A stretch of 64,000 nucleotides of DNA, from positions 265,967 through 329,966 of the forward strand of contig NIVC01000512.1 of the NCBI GenBank assembly GCA_002269645.1. The letters are read 5' to 3'. The stretch comes from Macrostomum lignano. Taxonomy: Eukaryota. Below the pieces are notes generated by a model. The model searched no databases. It had not been told where the DNA came from and worked only from the letters and a program-made list of their open reading frames with translations. How positions within the stretch are numbered: the first letter of the stretch is position 1; every line of letters starts with the position of its first letter. Made by a program: the position numbers and the translations under genes. Of the stretch, positions 51,633 through 64,000 are shown in pieces.

Positions 51633-52475
51633 CATCAGTAGTGCAATTTGATGGCACTTTAAACGAGCTACTACTACTAATTAAGACGCTAAAACAAGTT
51701 TACGTGTACCAAGTAAACCTATACTAAACTCTACTCTAATTTTTATCAAATGAACGGGGTATTTTTATGTTCATTATGTGCTTACAAGTGCTAAAATGTT
51801 CGAATTCGCACCAGATTTCTCATTGACTTTGCTTGTCTTACAATGCTCTCAAAAACCTGTTTAATAAGAACAACGTCGGTGAAATTTGAGCAAGAAGAGA
51901 GCAATTGCTCATTTCCAATAGTGCATATGCTCCGGAACACAGTTTTGTGACCTCTAAAACAGACGCGGTGGCTGACAGGCGTGTCATGTGCTTTCATGCA
52001 GCTTACTTTGAAAACCTAGATGTACACTTTGTACATCAATTGGTCTAAATAATCAGTCCATACTTTGTGTACGACGGTCAGATGTGAAAGTTCGTGCTTC
52101 ATGGACGGATTATCATCTGTTTTAGTTGGGCGTACGCGCTCATTATCGAGAGTGATAGCATCACCTGGCAGAGATGAAAGCAGCCTATGGGCCTTGCCAA
52201 TCATAAGTTTATTTATGTTAGAATAGTTCATATATAGGGTCCATAATAATGCCTTATCAACTGCAATTTGCGTCATATTTCAAAGTGACTTTCTCTCTTA
52301 CCGTGTGCGTGCCTGGTGCAGTTGGTTTTATCTCTAGCTTTATCAAGTAAGTGGCCGCAGCCAGTATAGCGAACTTGTCTGTTATAGTTGTGGCATAAAA
52401 CTGACCCAACCCACCAGAGAGCCCGGGTGCAAACTTAGGTTTGGCGTACTGTTTCTATCTCAGAGTTTCGCAGCC

Positions 52476-55400
52476 ATGACTTGTCAAAGCCGCCTCACGC
52501 CACTGCTGCTGCTGCTGCTGCTGGCTTGTCTGGCAGCGAACAGCCAGGCTCAGATTCCGACTCAGTGCCGGTCGGACGCCTACCCGCCGCCTGCCGATTC
52601 CGAGATCGATTGGGTTGATGTCGACCTTGACGAGGCTCCCCTCACCCGCTGGCGCAACGTGGTGGCCCACCGCGGGCCCCAGCTGCGCGCCCTCATCGCC
52701 CAGTTCAGGATCTTCGTGCGCAACATGACCGGCTCCGAACTGCTCATCAATCTGGTGGACAAAGACCTGACGCCGCTGGCGCACACTCTGCCGCAGCCTT
52801 TCCGCGACGAGATTGTCGGCATCGCCAATATGACCGGCATTCCGCTGGGCGAGGTCACTCTCTACAACATCTTCTACGAGATCTTCACCGTGTGCACTTC
52901 TATCGTGGCTGAGGATCAGAAAGTGAGCACATTTCTGCTTTCTGCTTTCAGTTTCTGGGAAGGGGTTTTAGAGTTTTTCATGATCGGTGCCAAAATTTTC
53001 AAGTTCCCAAGCTAGCACCTCTGATGGGACTTGTAGTTAACTAGCGTTGATATGCATATAATATATGTGTGCTTCAAAAGATACTTTTATCAAATGTTTT
53101 AAATGGGTTTCCCTCCAGCTAGGGGGGCAGGTGAGGAGGCAAGCTAGGAAGCTGAGGCGAGGAGGCAAAGGGGAGCTGAGGCGAGGCGAGACAAGGTTGA
53201 GCTTCATTCTCACTGAACGCAAGTATATATATAATTTCTACAATGCACTTCATTGGTGTTCGCTTCACACAAAAGGATCTTTTACTGCCGAATTAAGGTC
53301 AATTCACATGAAAACTTGGAATAAATAATGCCAATCTCGAATTTTATTGCGAATCACTATGATTTGCATTCTAAGATCCAATGCTAAGAATAGGATATAA
53401 TTCTGGGTGCTCACAGACATTTTAATGATCACTCAGTGCATTTTGAAACACTCGGACCATTAGGGAGTCCTTTACCACGCTCGCAATCTGGACTTCGGCC
53501 TGTTCCTCGGCTGGGACCTCGCCAACAGCACCTGGCTCATCACCGAGTACCTCCGTCCGGCCATTGTGAACATCCGGTTCAAGAAGTCCGGCCAGACGGT
53601 GTTCATGTCGACCAACTTTGCCGGCTATGTTGGCATTCTGACCGCCCTGAAGCCGGGCAGGTTCAGCCTCACCATGAACGAGAGATTCAACGCTGACGGC
53701 GGCTACATCGGCGTTATCGAATGGATTCTGGGCAAGCGGGACGCCGTCTGGATGGGCTTCCTGACTCGCAGCGTCATGGAGACGGCCGACAGCTACGCCC
53801 AGGCCAAGCAGATGCTGACGGGCACCAAGATGCTGGCACCGGCCTACTTCATCTTGGGTGGCAACAGCACTATGCAGGTTCGGAAAGTAATTGTTCAACT
53901 GGTTGCCACAATCTATCCTGTATCGTGATATGGGTTCGAGGCTGCTGAATCCGTTTATTTAAATTCGTCTTTTTGAATAAGAAAGTTTATGAAAGAATGA
54001 TAAACGTACCGTACAGGTTGGCAATGGCAACGATGTATCTCGCAAGCTATTACATTTGACAGCAAAGCTCCATGGGCAATTTGGTTGGTATAACTTTTGT
54101 CGCGCCATGTGGAACAGTGGGCATGCAACACGGAATGGCCCATTAGAGTTCTATGCCCAAGCGTTTGAATTAACTCGAGAAAGTAAGCCATGATAACTCA
54201 GTTTGTCACGCAATATGGAACGATGAGACAGAATAGAAGAGGAACAGTTTGAGTTTTATTTACAGAAAAAATAGAAACTGGCATTCAATAAAGCATATTT
54301 TAAGTCCCAAATCGAAAGCATCAAAATTTACGAGAGGTCAACTTTTTAAACAGATGTCGCTGCAAACACGGTTCAAACAATCTGTTGCAGCGCAACTCCC
54401 AGCCAGCGCACTTGTCAACAGCCTCTCGCTCGAGTAACATGAATCCCCACTGTGCATGCGTCACTCCCTCAAGATTCTTGCTGAAGTTCTGTTCCAATGG
54501 TTCTCTGGGATCTTCGTACCCTACGGTGGAAATTTGTGCCATCCATAAAAAACCCTGTTTCCGTTAGGGTCCAGATGATCAGTCTGCTAAGTGGCAGCTT
54601 CCAAACCTGCCGGCTTGTTTCAATGTTGACCGAACGCGGTGAACAGAATAATTGGATACTCTTAAAAGCACTGATACCCTTCATCAACAGCCCACGTAGT
54701 GCAAGGCGGTGACGATACGCTGTCGATCGCGTACTGAAATTTCTGGACCCATTAGAGCTTAAATCGATTAACCGATAGAAAATGAAAGCATCTTGTTGTC
54801 TCTGTGAAAAGCTCAAACCGTTCTTTATATGTATATGGCTTTCTTTCTCGAGTTAATTCAAACGCTTGGCCATGGAACTCCAGTGGACCATTCCGTTTTG
54901 CATGCCCAAGTTGAGAACTAACAAAGCTGATGATGAAATACGGAAGCACCTTTAGCAGCTTATGCAAGTGAATCCCTTTGCAAATTTAAAACAGATTTGT
55001 GCTGATGTCTATGGCCGAATTATCAACTTGCTTGTCTTTTTTCCGCCTATGTCTATGCCTTAACTGTCAACTTGGCTGACACAAGCCAATCCAAAGTGAG
55101 AATCCTGCCTACGCTGACTGCGAAGGGCCTGGCTGCGTGCAGCCTTAGTCTATGGGCCATAGACAATAAAGGACAAGCAAAGTGATAAAAAGCCATCCAA
55201 TATGAGAATCGATTGGTCTATGCGTCGTATTCTTTTATTTTTATACCTTCTGAGCCATATGACTAGCCAATAGCTTGAACGGAATAACGGAAACAGGAAC
55301 ACACTGGATGATGTCTTTTTAAAACTTTGCTTGTCCTTTATAGTCTATGGCTCATAGACTAGGCTGGACGCAGCCCGGCCCTTCGTATTCAGCGTAGGCA

Positions 55401-55919
55401 GGATTCTCACATTGGATGGCTTTTTATCACTTTGCTTGTCCTTTATTGTCTATGGCCCATAGACTAAGGCTGCACGCAGCCAGGCCCTTCGCAGTCAGCG
55501 TAGGCAGGATTCTCACTTTGGATGGCTTTATTCTCAGTTAGGCTGACAAAACCAATACTGTCCTCTGCATGAGCTGCCCCATCACACTCCATAAAAAGGG
55601 CTGCATCATCACCCGGTCCCGAGACGACGCCATCGACGTGTGGGAGCGCTCGGCGGCCGCCAACCACACCTGGTACCTGCTGCAGACCAACTACGATCAC
55701 TGGAAGCCGCCGTTTGTGCTTGACGACAGGCGAACCCCCGGCAACAAGTGCATGATGGCCAAGGGTCAGGCTAGCATGGGGTTCAAGGAGATCTTCAATG
55801 TGCTGAGCTCGATTCCTGTGCTCAACAAGCTCACAACTTACACGGCTCTGATGCGGGTGGACACGGGAGAGTATCACAGCTACCGCCAGACCTGCAAGGA
55901 CCCGTGCGCGCCCTGGTAG
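52476..55919 (+). CDS. ASAH1: Acid ceramidase paralog 2; exons 52476-52922, 53464-53877, 55599-55919
   Basis: Signal peptide, [56 protein letters not shown]. Closest to the canonical sequence. Confidence 0.95.
55083..55528. mobile_element. Foldback/MITE-like element with ~118-bp inverted arms and an internal third copy, in ASAH1 paralog 2 intron 2
   Basis: 55083-55200 is almost the exact reverse complement of 55412-55528. A diverged copy lies at 55325-55420. Confidence 0.75.
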
Positions 55920-56864
55920 CCCCTTGCCTCTTCTTTAATGGCGCAAGCTGCCTTACGGGACGCTATCTCAATAAATCAAAGTTCGAAGCACTTTCCAATA
56001 GTATGCAAGCGATCCGTTACAATATAATTTAATCAGATAAATTTATCCCGAATGCCTTCCGGTTGTTTACTGGCCTAATATTTTTCCGAACTCGCGCTTC
56101 AATTTTCATTTTAATTTGGTAAAAAGTTCGGAGAGAATAAACGGGAAACCGGCAGAATCTATAATTATATTTTGAACAAATTGTCGAAAATTATTCTTTT
56201 GCGCCAAATTTATTATGTGAAATAAACTTTACGTGAGAAATGATTTTCGTTAACAAAAAAGTTCGTTAGTCTTATGCAGTTTTATTTGAGTTCTAAAAAA
56301 GGGTAACCTACTAATCGGGCTAACCTTGGCTACCTACCTTTTATTTAGGAAAGCTGAACCAATTCCAGTTGGCTTTCCCAAGCGTAGCTAGCAAAGTATT
56401 CATAAATATCAACGTGCACTCCAGACATACAAAGTAACCAGAAATCCGTCTGTAAGTGTCTCGATTCACCTACCGTTTTTATTTCTGCTGATAAACTACT
56501 TTATTAGGGTTTGTCTGAAAGCAAACTTATATGTATGGATATGAACCCCGCGTTTGCTTGATGTGATGTAGGTCCCATGCGTCTAAGACTGTACCATTGT
56601 AGAGTACCTACGACTCTAGGTAACTAACTAGCTAGATGCGTGCTTGAACGAGAGCCCTTCATTTGGAATACAGCATTTTGGCTTTATCTGCAACTGGTTC
56701 CATACATATCTGTAGGCTAAGTGCCACTTGGCTTCTTGTCTCGAACTTATTAGCTGTAGCAAATCTCTTAAGTAAGATTCTGGGTAGTTATGAGAATAAT
56801 GATGAAGGCACAAGAAAAACTTCGGCAGGTATTTACTCTTACTCCTACTCCTAGATGATGCAGG

Positions 56865-57935
56865 TACCTATAGACCTGCTGCAGTTTCTGAATAGATGAT
56901 GCAGGTACCTAGAGACCTGTTGCAGTTTCTGAGATGCAGGTACCTAGAGACCTGCTGCAGTTTCTGAATAGATGATGCAGGTACCTATAGACCTGCTGCA
57001 GTTTCTGAATAGATGATGCAGGTACCTAGAGACCTGCTGCAGTTTCTGAATAGATGATGCAGGTACCTATAGACCTGCTGCAGTTTCTGAATAGATGATG
57101 CAGGTACCTAGAGACCTGCTGCAGTTTCTGAATAGATGATGCAGGTACCTAGAGACCTGCTGCCGTTTCTGAATAGATGATGCAGGTACCTATAGACCTG
57201 CTGCAGTTTCTGAATAGATGATGCAGGTACCTAGAGACCTGTTGCAGTTTCTGAGATGCAGGTACCTAGAGACCTGCTGCAGTTTCTGAATAGATGATGC
57301 AGGTACCTAGAGACCTGCTGCAGTTTCTGAATAGATGATGCAGGTACCTAGAGACCTGCTGCAGTTTCTGAATAGATGATGCAGGTACCTAGAGACCTGC
57401 TGCCGTTTCTGAATAGATGATGCAGGTACCTATAGACCTGCTGCAGTTTCTGAATAGATGATGCAGGTACCTAGAGACCTGCTGCCGTTTCTGAATAGAT
57501 GATGCAGGTACCTATAGACCTGCTGCAGTTTCTGAATAGATGATGCAGGTACCTAGAGACCAGTTGCAGTTTCTGAGATGCAGGTACCTAGAGACCTGCT
57601 GCAGTTTCTGAATAGATGATGCAGGTACCTAGAGACCTGCTGCAGTTTCTGAATAGATGATGCAGGTACCTAGAGACCTGCTGCCGTTTCTGAATAGATG
57701 ATGCAGGTACCTATAGACCTGCTGCAGTTTCTGAATAGATGATGCAGGTACCTAGAGACCTGTTGCAGTTTCTGAGATGCAGGTACCTAGAGACCTGCTG
57801 CAGTTTCTGAATAGATGATGCAGGTACCTATAGACCTGCTGCAGTTTCTGAATAGATGATGCAGGTACTTATAGACCTGCTGCAGTTTCTGAATAGATGA
57901 TGCAGGTACCTAGAGGCCTGGTTGCAGTTTCTGAA
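56865..57935. repeat. 41-bp minisatellite
   Basis: Unit GATGATGCAGGTACCTAGAGACCTGCTGCAGTTTCTGAATA. Confidence 0.95.
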
Positions 57936-58906
57936 GTTCCTTTCTATGTGTCTGTCGTTCTTGAACGCACTTGATGTGTATCCATGCCCAATCTGCAGTT
58001 TAGGGACACTTTGGAGACCTAGCCAATAGTTTTCGACATTGGAAGCTGCAGTGACTCACAAGTTCCTTCTTGCTAGTACCGCCACATTCGGTCAAGAAAG
58101 TGGATCGGCCTAGCTGCGTAAACACTCTAGGACTGGAAGGCGGCGTATTTTTTGTTCCCATTTTTAGTCCCATTATTAAAGAATCCTGCATCTATTAGTG
58201 TCGGTGAATTGGTATACATTGTGAAGTTAAATCGGGATTGGCATCGTCTGGCATTCCGGAGCTTCTAAAGCGTACGAAAGCGACATTTCACTGTCGATCT
58301 TGATCTATGCGGATTTGGGCAGCCGCGTCATCCACTCGGACCCAGACTGGCCAGCCGGCCGTGTTTAACCTTTCCGCAGTCGGCGGCAGACTGGACAGCG
58401 CAACACCCGAGGCCAAGATGAATCGAGAGGCGTGTCCAAGGCGGGGGGTTGCAGACTTTTCGGGGGAATTTTCCTGCCTTCTTTTAGAAGGATTGGCGCG
58501 AGTTGACACAACACTGTACGCGCTGCGCATATGCGACTGCTGTATGCTGCTTTGCGAAAGAATCGCCAAGCAAAAAGGAAGCATCGATGCGACGCTTCAG
58601 CATGACTAAAATTGCGGAAACTCTGCAGCACCAATCCCTGCTCGCGGGAGGGCGGGTTGATGGAGGCAGCTGTAGGCCTGGGTTTCGTGTCGGGAAGAGG
58701 CGCAATTGTTGCTAGAGCCCTTTCGTACCTTGGCCTTCCCAATCCAATCCTAGCGAAACCATTACTTAATTCTGTCTCTGCCCTTCATCCTGTCTCTGAT
58801 CTAGCAATTCTGATTTCTTTTTGCCTATAGCGTCATCGTCTGTTCCAGCAGATTGCCCTTCATGAGCCACTAACTAACTCTCTTGCTGCTTTGAAGTACC
58901 AGTCGG

Positions 58907-59109
58907 ATGGAGCCAACTCCCAAGCCGATTTGTCAGCTGATCGCTGGCAAGACCGTGTGCAGCTACCACGGCTCGCTTCTGCTTACCCAGCTGCTGCTCA
59001 ACATTACAACGCCGCGACAGTCGGCCGCGGTCACCCCGGCCATCAGGGGCGAGCATGGCAAAGAGAATCACGTCGATTTAGTGGACGACCTCAGTAGCTA
59101 CATCGGGCG
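58907..59109 (+). CDS. Possible upstream exon of the collagen-like gene
   Basis: Coding-like codon usage (MEPTPKPICQLIAGK...SYIG) and a GTGAG donor, but the phase does not match the exon at 60021. Confidence 0.3.
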
Positions 59110-59394
59110 TGAGCTGGGTTCTGGTGAATCGCTGCATTTTTGGGCCTGCATAGCACCAGAATGATTTATGTTGAATGAGCCTTCAAGCAAGTTTAGATGA
59201 TTTACTAGCAATCTGGCGCCCAATAAGCGAGAGACAAAAATTATTTATGAGAATCCTTTAAAATGAGAGCACATTTTCTGTAAAGCATTCCTATTTCCGT
59301 TTAAAAAATCACCTTTTCGAGTAAAATTGTTCAAAGAATGGGATAAAATTTTAGGAATAACTACATGTAGCTCGTAGATTCTGACCTCTCAGCC

Positions 59395-59865
59395 TCGATA
59401 TCTCAGCATTTCCCCCAGTAAGCCTCGACATCTCAAAATCCCCCCAGTAAGCCTCGACATCTCAGCAATTCCCCCAGTAAGCCTCGACATCTCAGCAATT
59501 CCCCCAGTAAGCCTCGACATCTCAGCAATTCCCCCAGTAAGCCTCGACATCTCAGCAATTCCCCCAGTAAGCCTCGATATCTCAGCAATTCCCCCAGTAA
59601 GCCTCGACATCTCAGCAATTCCCCCAGTAAGCCTCGACATCTCAGCAATTCCCCCAGTAAGCCTCGACGTCTCAGCAATTTCCCCAGTAAGCCTCGATAT
59701 CTCAGCAATTTCCCCAGTAAGCCTCGATATCTCAGCAATTCCCCCAGTAAGCCTTGACCTCTCAGCAATTCCCCCAGTAAGCCTCGATATCTCAGCAATT
59801 CCCCCAGTAAGCCTTGACCTCTCAGCAATTCTCCAAGTAAGCAATGACGTCTCGGCAATTTTCCT
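59395..59865. repeat. 30-bp minisatellite
   Basis: Unit CTCAGCAATTCCCCCAGTAAGCCTCGACAT. Confidence 0.95.
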
Positions 59866-60020
59866 AGTGAGCCTAGACGGATAGCCTAATTTATTTAGCA
59901 TCGGGGGTCACGTTACTGATAGATTAAGGATCAAGTGACCCAGCAAACTAGTCAATAGTCTGAGGGTCTTTTAGTGCAACTCCAGTACAGCTGATCTTAT
60001 TTTTGTCTTTCTTGGTTCAG

Positions 60021-63000
60021 TACCAGCTGTGCAAAGCCACTCGATACTCGATAGGGAGAAGATACCAGGGATGCCGCAGGTCAAAGACCGAACCATTTCT
60101 CGACGATATTGTCTGCGCATTCCAGGCAATCCCAACTCTGGAGGCGGACGGTCGGCTGGCGGAAAACCAATCAGCTTCACGACGAACACTGAGGTGACTT
60201 TTGGGTGATGATAGGGGTGGAGGGAGGAGGAACGACAAGAAAGTTGAGGCTTAAATCTACCTGTCCAAGTGTTAGCCAGTTTCATAAGGCATCCTAGGGG
60301 AGCCATGTGCTACTGCCACTCCAACTGTATCCTTCTATCGATGCTGGAGTCCCGTTCCAGCAACCCACCTTTCCCTAATTGATGCGCTTAGCCCCAGTGA
60401 AAAGTCTAAGAAATTGTCCTTCCTTCGATGCTGGCCATTAACAAGTAGCTAAAACACGTAGCTTTCATGTAATTTTTTTGTTGTAAACAACTTTTGCGTC
60501 TTTCTAGCCGGCCCTGACGACTCCTAGCTCGCGGATGTACATTACTCCCATGGTGCGCAGGGGAGAAAAGGTAAACTGCTTCACTTCTGGGACTGTAAAA
60601 TAACGTGTAACTTAGTTGCAATTTTCTCACCTGAATTCGCAGGGTGACACAGGTGCACCGGGACCTCCGGGCGTGTGTCCGGACTGCCGACAGTTAGATT
60701 TCAAAGGAGATCCGGTGAGCCCATCTCTGCCAGGTGTCTGAATGAAGCAATCCGTTCACAACAAGCAATTCTCTGTTGCATAACTTTTGCAGGGACCGCC
60801 TGGACCAAGAGGACCACCCGGATGGAAGGTAAAACTAGTGCTCAATTTATAGGGCAGCTGAAGCAGAAGGCCGATGCACTCACAATTCGTGCGAATTCTG
60901 CTGGGGGAGTTTTCAGTTAATTAGCACTGAGTTCTCAACATCTCAACCTAACGGTGCACTCGCAAGTTTATCAAGTTAGTTTCTCATTAATTTCTATTGA
61001 AGACAATCCTTGCAAAATTCGTAAAATCCTTGCAAAATTTGCAAACTGCATTTCGAGCGGTGCCGCTCTCCGATAGATATTTGAAACTTTTCTTCATAAA
61101 CTTGTGAAACAACCTTGTCAAACTGGCTTGTAAAGTTTCGAGCTAGTGATGAAGTTTCGAGCTTGTGAATTTTCGAGCTTGTAAAGTTTCGAACTTGTGA
61201 TGAAGTTTCGAGCTTGTAAAGTTTCGAGCTTGTGGAGTTTCGAGCTTGTGAAGTTTCGAGCTTGTGAAGTTTCGAGCTTGTGATGAAGTTTCGAGCTTGT
61301 GGAGTTTCGAGCTTGTGAAGTTTCGAGCTAGTGATGAAGTTTCGAGCTTGTGAAGTTTCGAGCTTGTAAAGTTTCGAGCTTGTGGAGTTTCGAGCTTGTG
61401 AAGTTTCGAGCTTGTGATGAAGTTTCGAGCTTGTGAAGTTTCGAGCTTGTGAAGTTTCGAGCTTGTGATGAAGTTTCGAGCTTGTGAAGTTTCGAGCTTG
61501 TAAAGTTTCGAGCTTGTAAAGTTTCGAGCTTGTCAAGTTTCGAACTTGTGATGAAGTTTCGAGCTTGTAAAGTTTCGAGCTTGTGAAGTTTCGAGCTTGT
61601 AAAGTTTCGAGCTTGTGAAGTTTCGAGCTTATAAAGTTTCGAGCTTGTAAAGTTTCGAGCTTGTGAAGTTTCGAGCTTGTGAAGTTTCAAGCTTGTGAAG
61701 TTTCGAGCTTGTGATGAAGTTTCGAGCTTGTGAAGTTTCAAGCTTGTGAAGTTTCAAGCTTGTGAAGTTTCGAGCTTGTGAAACGCCCATGGCCGAAACA
61801 CGCACTTACTCTATTTGCAATTCCAGATGTTGAAATATTTTCAATTCAGTATTTAGCAGCGAAATATGCACTATTTGCCACTGCAGCACCTTCTGCTCCA
61901 CTTTGAAGTATGTTCAAAATCTACTTTAGAAATTTAACTACTAACCATTCTACTACTGCTACTTAAACGCAGTAGACAGTGCAGAGTTTTTTAGTGTTCA
62001 GAATGCAGTCACATAGAGCAGCTGGCATTCTCCACAGGGCGAGCCAGGCACAGACGGGCAGCGGGGTCCTCCAGGGACCTGCCAGCCCGAGCAGTGCCTC
62101 GCCGCCTCTGCTGGTCTCAAAGGCGTCTCGGCGATTCGTAAACTCGTGCGCGAGGAGCTGCAGGTGACCGCGAACGGGCCCAAGGGCGACAAAGGTGAAC
62201 CAGGCTATTGTGGATCTTGCGGCGGTAGGACGGTGCCGTCAGGACGGACAGCTGCTGGTGCCAGTGGACAGGCGCTGGCTTCAACTAGCGTGGTAATGCA
62301 ATTATGTCGCAAGTCTGCTTTTAAAACCCCTCATTATGGAACTCACTGCGATTACTGCTTTGACTCAGCACAGTTAGCTTTGTAACTTGGTCTAAACTTA
62401 CTCACCCTTTCCAAATTGCCTACCACACATTGCTCTCAATTGTGCCGATGTACACACACAGCTTATACCTCTTGGGACTTCACCTCGCTCCGACTAGTCC
62501 CAATGTACGCAGTAACCTCTACCCCCTCGAGAATCCACCTCGCTTCGACTAGTCCCAATGTACACAGTAACCTCTACCCCTCGAGAATCCACCTCGCTCC
62601 GACTAGCCCCAATGTACACAGTTACCTCTATCCCCTCGGGAATCCACCTCACTCCGATTAGCCCCAATGTACGCAGTAGCCTCTACCCCTCGAGAATCCA
62701 CCTCGCTCCGACTAGCCCCAATGTACGCAGTGAATCAAATTGAATTATAGCTATGACTGCTCACTTCATTAGTTTTTTCAAGCTTAAACCTTGTGGGAAA
62801 TAAAAAAATTCAAAAACAAATTTCAGCGCGTCATCGCAACGTATCAAGCTTTCGAGGACATCGCCTACGCTTTCGAAGAAGGCACCCTGGTGTTCACGAA
62901 GGACGAGAAGATTTTGTATTTGAAAACCGACTACCAACTGAACCAATGGATTGAAGTCGCGAACTACATTGTAAGTTTCGCTGCATCCAATGCTTACAGC

Positions 63001-63255
63001 TAATAAAGTACGAGTAATTGTTAACATATTACATATTTAAGAACGATTTTCATTCAAGGTGAAGCCGAAACTTCTGCTCGGGTTTCCGGTAATCCATTTT
63101 TTTAAACTTTGCCATTTAATTTTGCCTAGTCGAAGTTGGTACATGAAAAGTAGCGATTATTGCTGAATAATATATTTTAGACCACAACGGCGAGTCCCAG
63201 GCTGCGCTCCATGGCGCCGCAGCTGTTCCTGCCCTACGTGGTATCTGGCAAGAAG
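60021..63255 (+). CDS. Multiplexin (collagen XV/XVIII)-like gene, partial; exons 60021-60193, 60561-60570, 60643-60714, 60793-60828, 62038-62292, 62827-62970, 63181-63255
   Basis: Spliced Gly-X-Y GEK|GDTGAPGPPG..KGDP|GPPGPRGPPGWK|GEPGTDGQRGPPG and GPKGDKGEPG. A trimerization-domain-like exon reads IATYQAF..IAYAFEEGTLVFTKDEKILYLK....W. All splice phases are consistent. Confidence 0.7.
61125..61785. repeat. ~16-bp satellite
   Basis: Unit GTTTCGAGCTTGTGAA with TGA insertions. Confidence 0.92.
62470..62735. repeat. ~54-bp minisatellite
   Basis: Unit GAATCCACCTCGCTCCGACTAGCCCCAATGTACACAGTAACCTCTACCCCTCGA. Confidence 0.85.
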
Positions 63256-63464
63256 GTCAGCATGCTTTCACCTTTGCTTTCAAGCGAGTTCAATTCTTTA
63301 CAGCTAAATTTTCGTTACAATCTGGAGAATAGGTTCTGGTGAAAAGAAAAAATTCACTGAGGCAAATTTTTATCAGTAGGCACAATAAACAAATACAAAT
63401 TATCACAATTGCACTTTGCACTTTCTAATGTTAGCTTTGCAACATAGATACTTTAATAAATTAG

Positions 63465-63720
63465 GCACTTTACAACTTTACAATAGTAGACACACTATGA
63501 CATTAGGGACTTTACAACAGTAGGCAAATTATAACATTAGGGTCTTTACAATAGAAGGCACATTATGACATTAGGGACTTTACAATAGTAGACACATTAT
63601 GACATTAGGCACTTTACAATAGTAGACACATTATGACATTAGGCACTTTACAATAGAAGGCACATTATGACATTAAGGACTTTACAGCAGTAGGCAAATT
63701 ATAACAATAGGCACTTTACA
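63465..63720. repeat. ~33-bp minisatellite
   Basis: Unit CACATTATGACATTAGGGACTTTACAATAGTAGA. Confidence 0.8.
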
Positions 63721-64000
63721 ACAATGGGCACGTTATACCGTTAGGAACATTGCAACATTACTCGTAGGCACAATAGGCACGTTAAGGTACTTTATACAAT
63801 ATTAAACACTTTTCAACGTTGAACACTGTAAAACTTCCGACACATGACCATAAAACTGACGAAATTTCATACTTTCAAATTTCTGCACACCTCACTACTA
63901 TCCAGACGCTGCAAAAACCCTAGGAAAAAATGTAAAACTCACGCTACTCTTTCCTCATTCCATATCAAGTTTAACTTCCAAGAAATTTGGCCCCAACCCA

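Noticed and set aside
19420-57935. CRISPR-like appearance of 30-56-bp repeat arrays
   Set aside because: Units are head-to-tail with no unique spacers, there are no cas genes, and the context is eukaryotic.
58288-58830. Overlapping short ORFs suggesting a decayed mobile element
   Set aside because: No diagnostic motif could be identified on either strand.

Overview
Eukaryotic, repeat-rich animal genomic DNA. GC-rich exons and satellite-filled introns resemble the flatworm Macrostomum lignano (inference, not searched). Left to right: a Ngaro/DIRS-type tyrosine-recombinase retrotransposon with split direct repeats (<1-3915); a broken Polinton/Maverick fragment with pPolB, a repeat-containing ORF and an AGTAGT terminus (~4134-11261); a ~18-kb multi-exon, divergent GluN3-like NMDA receptor gene (~13069-31466); two acid ceramidase (ASAH1) paralogs flanking SNRPA1, a cofilin gene, a SINE and a mariner; and the start of a short multiplexin-like collagen gene. 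The main observation is an ~8.4-kb block (30316 to ~38700) that is the base-by-base COMPLEMENT of natural sequence (complemented but not reversed relative to its flanks), so it is invisible to six-frame translation. A 32-bp satellite switches to its complement in perfect phase at 30315/30316. Decoded, the block holds the probable last exon of the NMDA receptor gene, an intact 276-aa C-clamp zinc-finger ORF, an almost CpG-free mariner relic and a MITE inserted in that mariner's TIR. This is most likely an assembly or scaffolding artefact rather than biology, but it hides real genes. All analysis was done by eye; repeat boundaries are approximate.
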